DNA of 37,460 bases from Candidatus Woesearchaeota archaeon (GCA_016932755.1 JAFGCE010000057.1:1-37460), one strand, 5' to 3'; counted from the first letter of the stretch, positions 7,429 through 15,845 are shown. Notes: generated by a model from the sequence alone, not told the origin. Made by a program: numbers and translations.

Positions 7429-9426
7429 ATGAAAAAAGAGCTGGCGGTAGTATTATTTGTCCTGATTTTAGCTTTTCCTGCAGCAGCCCAGGATAATGAG
7501 ATATATGACAGGACCTACCTCCTACTGGATTCAGAAATCTCATCGTCAATAGATATAATAAGGCAGCCCGGCTCAAGAATTGACTATGTAAATGCTGAGC
7601 TTTACTTCTTCCCCCAGACTGACAAGAGGCAGTCTGTCCTTGAGATTGAAACAGAGCCTGAGGCAGCGCCTGCAGAAGAAAAGTTTATTTTCAGCTGGCA
7701 AAGCCCTGCGGAAGACCGGCTTGAATATTCTGTAAAATCATCTGTAAAAGTTGAAAACAAGTTTGAAAAGGTGTATGAAAAAATAAGTTTTCCGATAACA
7801 GACGATATCCCTGCAGATGTTGCTGAATACAAAAACCCCACTGAAAAAGTGGATTCAGGAAGCAGCGAGATTGTGAAGCTGGCAAACCAGCTGGCAGAAG
7901 GCGAGGATGACCTGTTTATAGTCATCCACAACATTGCCGAATGGGTTGAGGAGAACATCAAGTATGACCTCAATACTGTAACAGCAGAGGCTTCGCAAAA
8001 AGCCTCATGGGTGCTGGCTAACAGGCAGGGAGTCTGCGATGAGCTGACAAACCTTTTTATGGCAATGTGCCGTTCTCTGGGAATACCTGCAAGATTTATT
8101 TCAGGAATTTCCTACACCAATGACCCCCAGTTTGCAGAAAAATGGGGGCCCCACGGCTGGGCCGAAGTCTATCTTCCCGGCTATGGATGGGTTCCTTTTG
8201 ATGTTACTTACGGAGAGCTTGGCTGGATTGACCCAAGCCATATCAAGCTGCTTGAAAGCATTGACCCTGACAGGCCCTCAGGGAAGATTGAGTGGAGGGG
8301 GCTTAATTTTGAGGCAAAAGGAAGCAAGTTCAATCTCAAGACATCAATAACAGAAACAGGCGGGAAAATACTTGATACTGTTGAGATAACAGCAAAAGCC
8401 CACAAAAGGAAAACCGGCTTCGGCTCATACAACCTTTTTGAGGCTGACATCAGGAATTTAAGGGATTATTATGTCACTACAGATATCTCTGTCTCAGCGC
8501 CGAAAGAAGTGGAAGTAGCAGGAAGCAGCACCCAGCACATAATTTTAAGGCCTGGAGAAACAAAAAAAATTTTCTGGGTTTTAAAGGTGAGCCCAAGCCT
8601 TGGCAAGGAATATGTTTACACATTCCCCCTGATTGCCTACAACCAGAGAAACACATCTGGCGAGACCGAGTTCAGGGCAGAATACAGGGAAACAGTGTAT
8701 TCCCAGGAAGAGATTGAAGAGCTTGTGGCAATTGTGGGAGGGGCAGAGGAAAAAGAGTATTCAAAAGACCTGAGTATTGAGTGCGCGGCAGAAAAAGGGG
8801 AGTTTTATTATTACGAAGACAACTCAATCAGATGCGTTTTGGAGAATAAGGGGAATACTGCTCTTGAAAACATTCAGGTCTGCTACGGCACGGACTGCAA
8901 AAGAATACCCCAGATTACAATAGCGCAAAAAGAGGAGGCTGTGTTTGATATTGCAGAAGAGATGCCAGGAGAAAGAGGCACGTCAATAACAGCCAAAAAC
9001 CAGGATGTTTCAGCATCTGTGTATGTTCCTTTTGTTGTTCTTGACAATCCAAAAGCAAAAATCGAAGGGCTGAATTTTCAGCAGCAGGTTGAATACAGCG
9101 ATGAATCTGCTGTTGAGTTCACAATATCAAAAGAGTCATACTCAATCCTTTACAATGCAAAAATCAGTGTAGGCAGCAGCAGAATCAGGCAGGAATGGGA
9201 GTTTGAAGAAATGGGCGAGACAAAGAATTTTGTTTTTGAGTTTCCTGCAAGCTCGCTGAAGGCAGGGAAAAACGATTTTTCAATAACTGCCTATTATGAG
9301 GACAAGTATGGAAAGAGCTATTCTGAAGAAGAGCATTTCGAGATAGAGCTGGCAAACCTGAGCCTTGTGCAGAGGGCTGCAACAATAGCCAAGGGAATCG
9401 TGTTCTTTATTGTCAACCTTTTTTAG
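7429..9426 (+). CDS. Transglutaminase-like surface protein with N-terminal signal and C-terminal TM anchor
   Basis: Signal MKKELAVVLFVLILAFPAAA. Transglutaminase core: QGVCDELTNLFMAMCRSLGIPARFISG (Cys), HGWAEVYLPGYGWVPFDVT (His/Asp). About 350 aa of beta-rich sequence follows, then a hydrophobic tail AATIAKGIVFFIVNLF. Confidence 0.8.
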   Translation: MKKELAVVLFVLILAFPAAAQDNEIYDRTYLLLDSEISSSIDIIRQPGSRIDYVNAELYFFPQTDKRQSVLEIETEPEAAPAEEKFIFSWQSPAEDRLEYSVKSSVKVENKFEKVYEKISFPITDDIPADVAEYKNPTEKVDSGSSEIVKLANQLAEGEDDLFIVIHNIAEWVEENIKYDLNTVTAEASQKASWVLANRQGVCDELTNLFMAMCRSLGIPARFISGISYTNDPQFAEKWGPHGWAEVYLPGYGWVPFDVTYGELGWIDPSHIKLLESIDPDRPSGKIEWRGLNFEAKGSKFNLKTSITETGGKILDTVEITAKAHKRKTGFGSYNLFEADIRNLRDYYVTTDISVSAPKEVEVAGSSTQHIILRPGETKKIFWVLKVSPSLGKEYVYTFPLIAYNQRNTSGETEFRAEYRETVYSQEEIEELVAIVGGAEEKEYSKDLSIECAAEKGEFYYYEDNSIRCVLENKGNTALENIQVCYGTDCKRIPQITIAQKEEAVFDIAEEMPGERGTSITAKNQDVSASVYVPFVVLDNPKAKIEGLNFQQQVEYSDESAVEFTISKESYSILYNAKISVGSSRIRQEWEFEEMGETKNFVFEFPASSLKAGKNDFSITAYYEDKYGKSYSEEEHFEIELANLSLVQRAATIAKGIVFFIVNLF

Positions 9427-9463
9427 GTAAATTTATAAACAAGAAAGGAACTTGTTTTTTAGT

Positions 9464-11278
9464 ATGGGGGACAAAACAATAGAAAAGCTTGTTCCTGACA
9501 CTTCAGTCATAATTGAGGGTGTTGTGTCGGAAAAGATTGAGAAAAATGAAATCAAGGCAGATGAAATCATAATCCATGAAGCTGCTTTTGCAGAGCTTGA
9601 GCACCAGGCAAACATGGGCAGGGCAACAGGATTCATCGGACTTGATGAGATAAAGAAAATAAAAGAACTTGCTGAAAAGAATAATTTCAAGATTTCATTC
9701 ACAGGAAACAGGCCGACTTCCCATGAGATAAAATACAGCAGGAGCGGGGAGATTGACGCTGTGATAAGGCAGATGGCATGGGAGCAGGGAGCCACGCTGA
9801 TTACAGGGGACAAGGTGCAGGCAAAAGTTGCAGAAGCAAAAGGCATTCCTGTAATTATTGTTTTCTCAGAGAAAAAAGGCCCTTTGAGCCTTGAGAAGTA
9901 TTTTGACAAGGCAACAATGTCTGTCCACCTGAGGGAAGACCTTGCTCCTTACGCAAAAAAAGGAGCTCCTGGAAAATGGGATTTTGTTGAGCTGGACAAG
10001 AAAAAGATGACCCAGAAGCAGATAAAGGAGATTTCAAAAGAGATAATCGAGGAAACAAGGCTCAGCAAGGACGGGTTTATTGAGATTGAAAGGGAAGGAA
10101 GCACAATAATCCAGCTCGGTGTTTACAGGATTGTCATAACAAGGCCTCCTTTTTCAGACGGATGGGAGATAACCGCAGTGAGGCCTGTCAAGACTCTTAA
10201 TCTTGAGGAGTATAAGCTGAGCGAAAAATTAAGCGCAAGGATTGAGCAGGCTGAGGGAATGCTGATTGCAGGCTCCCCTGGAATGGGCAAAACCACATTT
10301 TCACAGGCACTGGCCTTATTTTACGCAGGGAAAAAAAAGGTTGTCAAGACAGTTGAGGCGCCAAGGGATTTGCAGCTTGGGCCGCAGATAACACAATATG
10401 CTATAAGAAGAGGCTCAATTGAGGAGATACATGATATACTTCTGCTGAGCAGGCCTGACTACACTGTCTATGACGAGATGAGGAACACAGAGGATTTTGG
10501 CTTGTTTTCAGACATGAGGCTTGCAGGAGTCGGAATGGTTGGGGTTATCCATGCAACAGCTGCTGTTGACGCAATCCAGAGATTTATCGGAAGGGTTGAG
10601 CTGGGTGTTATTCCCCATATAATTGACACTGTTATTTTTATCAAGAACGGAACTGTGAACAAGGTTCTGTCGCTTAAGATGGTTGTAAAAGTTCCTTCAG
10701 GCATGACAGAAGCAGACCTTGCAAGGCCTGTTGTTGTTATCACTGATTTTGAGACAGGAAAGCTTGAATACGAGATTTACACATACGGCGAGGAGACTGT
10801 TGTTGTTCCTGTGACATCCAGGGCGCAGACTCCTTCGCAGGCTCTTGCTGCAAAAGCAATTGAAAATGAGTTCAGAAGATACTCTCCTGAGGCAAAGATT
10901 GAGGTTGTTTCAGACAACAAGTGCATTGCTTATGTTCCTGAAAGCATGATTTCAAGGATAATCGGAAAGCAGGGCTCAAACATAGAGCAGATTGAGAAAA
11001 GGATTGGGATTGGAATAGATGTCAGGCCTTTGGGTCCTGAGAAAAATACAGGGGAGTCTGTTGAGTTTGGAACCAAAATAGGAAAAAAGAATATTCAGCT
11101 GTTTGTTGATGAAAAATACGCAAACACGAATTTTGATATTTTTGTCGGCGATGATTACCTTGTCACAGCAAAGGCAGGCAAGAAAGCTGTCATCAAGATA
11201 AAGAAAACAAACAAGATGGCAAATGTCCTTGTTGATGCTGTGAATTCTGGGGAGAAGATAAGGCTGGTTGCCAAATAG
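9464..11278 (+). CDS. PIN domain / PilT-like ATPase / KH domain protein (COG1855-type, PINA-like)
   Basis: N-terminal PIN-like LVPDTSVIIEG, Walker A GSPGMGKTTF and C-terminal KH motif IIGKQGSNIEQIEKRIG. The start is moved from TTG 9452 to ATG 9464. Confidence 0.8.
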   Translation: MGDKTIEKLVPDTSVIIEGVVSEKIEKNEIKADEIIIHEAAFAELEHQANMGRATGFIGLDEIKKIKELAEKNNFKISFTGNRPTSHEIKYSRSGEIDAVIRQMAWEQGATLITGDKVQAKVAEAKGIPVIIVFSEKKGPLSLEKYFDKATMSVHLREDLAPYAKKGAPGKWDFVELDKKKMTQKQIKEISKEIIEETRLSKDGFIEIEREGSTIIQLGVYRIVITRPPFSDGWEITAVRPVKTLNLEEYKLSEKLSARIEQAEGMLIAGSPGMGKTTFSQALALFYAGKKKVVKTVEAPRDLQLGPQITQYAIRRGSIEEIHDILLLSRPDYTVYDEMRNTEDFGLFSDMRLAGVGMVGVIHATAAVDAIQRFIGRVELGVIPHIIDTVIFIKNGTVNKVLSLKMVVKVPSGMTEADLARPVVVITDFETGKLEYEIYTYGEETVVVPVTSRAQTPSQALAAKAIENEFRRYSPEAKIEVVSDNKCIAYVPESMISRIIGKQGSNIEQIEKRIGIGIDVRPLGPEKNTGESVEFGTKIGKKNIQLFVDEKYANTNFDIFVGDDYLVTAKAGKKAVIKIKKTNKMANVLVDAVNSGEKIRLVAK

Positions 11279-11282
11279 ATTT

Positions 11283-11822
11283 TCAGGCAGCGTTTGTGTC
11301 AGGCAGTGATGTATCTAATGGCAGCGGGTAAGCACCTATCTTCTGCAGAACCCTTATATCAGGAGGATCGTTACTGTAGCATCCAGCCATCTTCCCAAGC
11401 CAGTCTATGTAAAAGAAATAATTATCACAGAATCTCCTTCTTTCTTCCATTCCCACATTCCTCATCCTGTTGCCGGCAATTTCATAGACATGCAGCAAAG
11501 ATGCCAGATTGTCAGCGTATCTCTCATGTTCCCAAACTATTGCAGTTTCATTCCAGGAAGTGTAGCCTCTCTCTGCGCTTAGGTTCCACTTAAGCTTTGA
11601 CAGCACAGCAGCCTTAACAAGCCTTGCCTCTTCCCTTGTATAGCAGATTAGGCAAAGGTCTTTGCCGTCAAAATTGCTAAGAACATCTTGGTAGCCCTGA
11701 TTTAGCTGGCTAGGCAGTTCAGGCCTTCTGTCTTTTATTTCATCAAAAAGCCGGCTTACTAAATCTTTGTCTGATCCATGGTCTTTGTTAGCGACTTCTG
11801 GGGATTCTAGGACTGCTTCCAT
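11283..11822 (-). CDS. Hypothetical protein, no recognizable domain
   Basis: 179-aa ORF with non-repetitive, W/Y/R-containing sequence, unlike the antisense shadows. It is less Lys-rich than its neighbours and is the only minus-strand gene in the 7.4-17.6 kb plus-strand block. Confidence 0.5.
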   Translation of the reverse strand: MEAVLESPEVANKDHGSDKDLVSRLFDEIKDRRPELPSQLNQGYQDVLSNFDGKDLCLICYTREEARLVKAAVLSKLKWNLSAERGYTSWNETAIVWEHERYADNLASLLHVYEIAGNRMRNVGMEERRRFCDNYFFYIDWLGKMAGCYSNDPPDIRVLQKIGAYPLPLDTSLPDTNAA

Positions 11823-11917
11823 GTCTTCACCAGTTTAGTTTGTGTGGATTTTTGTATACTAGTGTTCAATTATTAGTATTTTGGATAACAACATTTATAA
11901 ATATTTCCTTGTATTTA

Positions 11918-11933
11918 TGATATAAATATATCA
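11918..11933. promoter_or_regulatory. Inverted repeat TGATATA-AA-TATATCA overlapping the putative TATA region; candidate operator
   Basis: Perfect 7-bp arms ending 15 nt upstream of the ATG of the Lrp-like gene at 11948. Confidence 0.3.
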
Positions 11934-11947
11934 AATATCAATTAAAA

Positions 11948-12568
11948 ATGATACAAATTGATGAAAATGAGGAAAAAATAATAAAAGAGCTTGTTAAAGA
12001 CCCAAGGGTTTCTGACAACCAGATTGCAAAGAAGACAAAAATCCCTGTAATGACTGTAAACAGGAAAAGGAAAAAGCTTGAGGAAAAAGGGCTTGTAAGG
12101 TATTTTGCGACTGTCAACACAGACGAGGACGGAGCAGGGGGGTTTCTTGCAAAAGAGCTTTACATAATAAAATTCAAGATTGGGCTTACGCAAAGGATTT
12201 TCCTTAACAGGATAGAAAAGTCAAACAGGGTAAAAGGATTTTTTGCGCAGCATATTGAATATTCATTCCTTGGGGAAAAGGACGGGCATCTAACGCTGGC
12301 AGTTGTTGTTGCTGCAAGGACTGAATCTGAGTTGATGGAGCTGTTCAACGGCAAAATTATCCAGTTTTTCAAGGAGCATTTCGGGGAGGAAGCTATCAAA
12401 GAGGTCATAGCAGTCAATATAAGCAAGGCGATAAGGCTTCACCATAACTATCTTCCCTCTATTAACATGGAAGGCGGAAAAATAAAAAAAGAATGGAATG
12501 ACGAATGGATTTTTGCAGGAAAAGTTGCATCAGAAGAGCAAAAGCAAATCTCCCAGTTCAAAAAATAA
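11948..12568 (+). CDS. Lrp/AsnC-like winged-helix transcriptional regulator with extended C-terminal domain
   Basis: N-terminus EEKIIKELVKDPRVSDNQIAKKTKIPVMTVNRKRKKLEEKGLV fits the AsnC-type HTH. The 206-aa length is longer than canonical Lrp. Confidence 0.6.
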   Translation: MIQIDENEEKIIKELVKDPRVSDNQIAKKTKIPVMTVNRKRKKLEEKGLVRYFATVNTDEDGAGGFLAKELYIIKFKIGLTQRIFLNRIEKSNRVKGFFAQHIEYSFLGEKDGHLTLAVVVAARTESELMELFNGKIIQFFKEHFGEEAIKEVIAVNISKAIRLHHNYLPSINMEGGKIKKEWNDEWIFAGKVASEEQKQISQFKK

Positions 12569-12603
12569 AAAAGTTTTAATAGGATAATCAAAAAGGTGTT
12601 CAT

Positions 12604-13866
12604 ATGCTTGACATAAAGCTGATAAGGGAAAAACCGAAGCTTGTGCAGAAGTCCTGCAAAGACAGGGGGTATGATATTGATATAAAGCAGATTCTGAAGC
12701 TTGATGAAGATTTTAGAAAGCTGAAAGCCAGTGCAGACAGCCTGAGAAGCGAAAGGAACAAGACTGCGCAGGAGATAAACCAGCTTAAGAAAGAAGGGAA
12801 AGACATAAAGAAAAAAGTAAAGGAAGCAAAGAAGATTCCTGAAAAGATTTCCAAGACTGAGGAAGAGATGAACGCAGTCTTAAGCCAGATAAAAGACATG
12901 ATTCTGAGGATCCCCAACATAATGCATGAATCTGTTCCTGCCGGAGATGAATCAAAAAATAAGGAAATAAAAAAATGGGGAAAAAAGAAAAAAACAGGAT
13001 TCAAGGTAAAGCCGCACTGGCAGATAGGGGAAGAGCTTGGGATAATTGACATGGAAAGGGCTGCAAAGCTTGCAGGCTCTGGATTTTATGTTCTTAAAGG
13101 AGACGGTGCAAGGCTTCAGAGAGCTTTGGTCCAGTTCATGCTTGATTTCCACAACAAGCATGGGTTTACAGAAATCAACCCCCCTCAGATTGTCAATGCA
13201 AAAACAATGACAGGAACAGGCAACCTGCCTAAGTTTGAGGAGGATTTGTACAGGACAAGGGAAGGATTGTACCTTATACCAACAGCAGAGGTTCCTGTAA
13301 CAAACCTTCATGCTGATGAGATACTCAACACTTCAGAACTGCCGAAGCTTTACACTGCATTCACGCAATGCTACAGGACAGAGGCAGGAAGGCACGGCGC
13401 TGAAACAAGGGGGATTTTCAGGCTGCATGAGTTTGAAAAAGTTGAGATGGTCATGATTGTGCATCCTGAAAAGTCATGGGAAGCGCTGGAGGATATGAGG
13501 TCAAGAGCTGAGAAGCTGCTTGAGCTGCTTGAGATCCCTTATAGGGTTCTGGTGCTTGCAACGCAGGATGCAGGCTTTGCTTCTGCAAAGACATATGACA
13601 TTGAATGCTATGCTCCTGCAGACGACAGGTATCTGGAAGTTTCATCATGCTCAAACTGCACAGATTTCCAGGCAAGAAGAATGAACACAAGAATGAGAAC
13701 GCAGCAGGGAAACGTGTTTGTCCACACGCTGAACGGCTCTGGGCTTGCGCTGCCGAGGCTTATGATTTCAATACTTGAAAACTACCAGAATGAGGACAGT
13801 TCAATAACAATCCCAAAACTGCTCCAGCCTTACATGGGCGGGCAGAAAAAAATAACAAAAAAATAA
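12604..13866 (+). CDS. serS: Seryl-tRNA synthetase
   Basis: N-terminal coiled-coil arm and class II motifs: FTQCYRTEAGRHG, LHEFEKVEM, NGSGLALPRLMISILENYQ. SD-like GGTG upstream. Confidence 0.95.
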   Translation: MLDIKLIREKPKLVQKSCKDRGYDIDIKQILKLDEDFRKLKASADSLRSERNKTAQEINQLKKEGKDIKKKVKEAKKIPEKISKTEEEMNAVLSQIKDMILRIPNIMHESVPAGDESKNKEIKKWGKKKKTGFKVKPHWQIGEELGIIDMERAAKLAGSGFYVLKGDGARLQRALVQFMLDFHNKHGFTEINPPQIVNAKTMTGTGNLPKFEEDLYRTREGLYLIPTAEVPVTNLHADEILNTSELPKLYTAFTQCYRTEAGRHGAETRGIFRLHEFEKVEMVMIVHPEKSWEALEDMRSRAEKLLELLEIPYRVLVLATQDAGFASAKTYDIECYAPADDRYLEVSSCSNCTDFQARRMNTRMRTQQGNVFVHTLNGSGLALPRLMISILENYQNEDSSITIPKLLQPYMGGQKKITKK

Positions 13867-13867
13867 G

Positions 13868-14155
13868 ATGGCAAAAATACCCTGGTATTTGTGGATAATT
13901 GTCGGCGGAGTGATGTTCGCTGTCTCTTACAGGATTGGGGAGTCAATGAACATATTTCTTTACATTGGATTATTATTTTTAGTTGTAGGAATTTTCAAGA
14001 TGCTTGTTTCATTTATTCTCGGAAACAAGGGAAAAAAGGCAGTAAAGCAGGCAGCAGAGATGAGGACGCAGCAGTTCACCTGCCCGAGATGCAGGGCTGT
14101 AATCTCGCCTGACTTTTACTTCTGCCCAAACTGCGGAACAAGGCTTCGATTCTGA
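13868..14155 (+). CDS. Small membrane protein with C-terminal zinc ribbon
   Basis: Two hydrophobic segments followed by CPRC-x11-CPNC. The start is 1 nt after the serS stop. Confidence 0.6.
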   Translation: MAKIPWYLWIIVGGVMFAVSYRIGESMNIFLYIGLLFLVVGIFKMLVSFILGNKGKKAVKQAAEMRTQQFTCPRCRAVISPDFYFCPNCGTRLRF

Positions 14156-14212
14156 AAACCTTTCTTTATTTTAATCAAAAAGTATATATAGAATAATTAA
14201 TTCTGCAGGGCT

Positions 14213-15286
14213 ATGGGCAATATTTTTGACGGCATGCTTAAGGAGGGGGAAAGCTTATTCAAAAATCTTGATGCTCTTGATTTTGAGTTTGTCCCAAAGC
14301 TTCTGCCTTACAGGGAAAACCAGCAGCATTACATAGCAGGCTGCATCAAGCCGCTTTTGCAGGGAAGGAACGGAAAGAACTTGTTTATTTTCGGCGCCCC
14401 AGGCATAGGAAAGACAGCTGCAATAAAATGGGTTCTCAGGGACTTGGAAGAGCATTCTGATGATGTTGTTCCTGTCTATATCAACTGCTGGCAGAAAAAC
14501 ACGACTTACAAGATAGTTGTGGAAATGTGCGGGCTTGTCGGATACAAATTCACCCAAAACAAGAAGACAGAAGAGCTCTTCAGGATTGTAAAGGAAAGGC
14601 TGAACAAAAAAGCTGTTGTTTTCGCATTTGACGAGATTGACAAGGTTGAGGATTTTGATTTCCTTTATTCGATTCTTGAGGAGATTTACAAAAAAACGGT
14701 TTTATTGATAACAAACTACAGGGAGAAGCTTGACGAGCTTGACGAAAGGATAAGGTCAAGGCTTCTGCCTGAGATTCTTGAATTTCCCCAGTACAACAGG
14801 GACGAAACAGCAGGAATACTGAAAGAGAGGATGAAGCTTTCTTTTGTTTCCGGAGTCTGGGAAAAGGATGCATTTGACCTTGTTGCTGAAAAAACAGCTG
14901 ATATCAAGGACATAAGATGCGGTTTGTATTTGATGAGGGCTGCAGGCATGATAGCTGAGGACAATGAGATGAGAAAGATTATGCTTGCGCACGCAAAATC
15001 AGCAATCCAAAAGCTTCCTGAGTTCACTGTCAAGGACAAGGATGAGCTTGATGATGAATCGCAGAGCATACTCTCAATTGTAAAAGAGAACAGCGGGAAA
15101 AAGATTGGCGACCTGTTCAAAGTTTACCAGGAGAAAGGAGGAACATCAACATACAAGACTTTCCAGAGAAGGATTTCAAAGCTTTCTGAGAACAGGTTTA
15201 TTTCCACAGAAAAAATAACAGGCGGAAAAGACGGCACAACAACAATAGTCAGTGTTGAAAAAGAGAAAAAGCTGACTGAGTTCTGA
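14213..15286 (+). CDS. cdc6: Orc1/Cdc6 replication initiator
   Basis: LPYRENQ, Walker A GAPGIGKTA, Walker B VFAFDEID, and a C-terminal winged-helix region. ATG lies about 25 nt after GTATATATAGA. Confidence 0.95.
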   Translation: MGNIFDGMLKEGESLFKNLDALDFEFVPKLLPYRENQQHYIAGCIKPLLQGRNGKNLFIFGAPGIGKTAAIKWVLRDLEEHSDDVVPVYINCWQKNTTYKIVVEMCGLVGYKFTQNKKTEELFRIVKERLNKKAVVFAFDEIDKVEDFDFLYSILEEIYKKTVLLITNYREKLDELDERIRSRLLPEILEFPQYNRDETAGILKERMKLSFVSGVWEKDAFDLVAEKTADIKDIRCGLYLMRAAGMIAEDNEMRKIMLAHAKSAIQKLPEFTVKDKDELDDESQSILSIVKENSGKKIGDLFKVYQEKGGTSTYKTFQRRISKLSENRFISTEKITGGKDGTTTIVSVEKEKKLTEF

Positions 15287-15289
15287 GCT

Positions 15290-15348
15290 CACTGGACACG
15301 CCAAATAAATCTGTCTATCCATTTCATTTCTTCACTGGACACTGGACA
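15290..15348. repeat. ORB-like repeats: CACTGGACA at 15290-15298 and tandem CACTGGACACTGGACA at 15333-15348
   Basis: Direct repeats seen by eye. The reverse complement contains TCCAGTG, the core I recall from archaeal origin recognition boxes. Confidence 0.4.
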
Positions 15349-15361
15349 TGGTGTTGTGAGG

Positions 15362-15370
15362 TATTTAAAG
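15362..15370 (+). promoter_or_regulatory. TATA-like box TATTTAAAG inside the cdc6-downstream spacer
   Basis: Same box type as other putative promoters in the window. It would place a TSS near 15391-15395. Confidence 0.35.
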
Positions 15371-15391
15371 GAGTTTTATTCTGTATAGTAT

Positions 15392-15450
15392 ATTGGTTTT
15401 TAGGTTTCGGCAGGGAACCTTCTTGAAACCAAACCCCTGCCCAATTTTTT
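15392..15450 (+). ncRNA. Candidate small structured RNA, or alternatively the cdc6 terminator
   Basis: ATTGG(15392-96)/CCAAT(15441-45) and GGCAGGG(15409-15)/CCCTGCC(15435-41) helices. GGTTTC(15403-08) is complementary to GAAACC(15425-30) in the apical loop, giving pseudoknot topology. Ends in T6 (15445-15450). Confidence 0.25.
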
Positions 15451-15511
15451 CAAAACGAGGTAAATCTGAACAAGTTCAGATAACCTCAAACAAAAAATGA
15501 GGTGATTAAAC

Positions 15512-15631
15512 ATGGTCGATCTTACAACATCAACAATAAAAGAAATATTCAACAAGCAAATCAGGGACCTTACAAAAAAAACACTTGCTGCTGACAGCTT
15601 TGACTATCAGTTCAGCGACAGGTGGGTATGA
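15512..15631 (+). CDS. 39-codon small ORF (MVDLTTSTIKEIFNKQIRDLTKKTLAADSFDYQFSDRWV)
   Basis: Near-perfect SD GAGGTGAT (15499-15506) 5 nt before the ATG, and a terminator hairpin 50 nt after the stop. Below the ORF-track length cutoff. No homology recognized. Confidence 0.35.
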   Translation: MVDLTTSTIKEIFNKQIRDLTKKTLAADSFDYQFSDRWV

Positions 15632-15681
15632 TTATCCTTAGCTATAAAACTGAATTCTAGATAAAGCCCGCAAACACCTCC

Positions 15682-15709
15682 CCCCTTCCTAACGGAAGGG
15701 GAGCTTTTT
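15682..15709 (+). terminator. Hairpin plus T5 terminator-like element
   Basis: CCCCTTCC-TAAC-GGAAGGGG (8-bp G/C-rich stem) followed by AGCTTTTTC. Confidence 0.5.
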
Positions 15710-15845
15710 CTTAACAAATTTTTTTTATATAACTCAAAATTAGTCAGAATTTTGATAATATAAAAAACCGAAAATGTTTTTTATATAAAACTTAACCAAA
15801 ACCTTTAAAAAGCGTCGGAAATTCTCCGGCTATAGAGGGTTTAAG

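Noticed and set aside
9433-9909. 158-aa minus-strand ORF overlapping the start of the PIN-ATPase-KH gene
   Set aside because: The Ser/Phe/Ile-rich antisense translation crosses the intergenic terminator-like hairpin and has no start signals.
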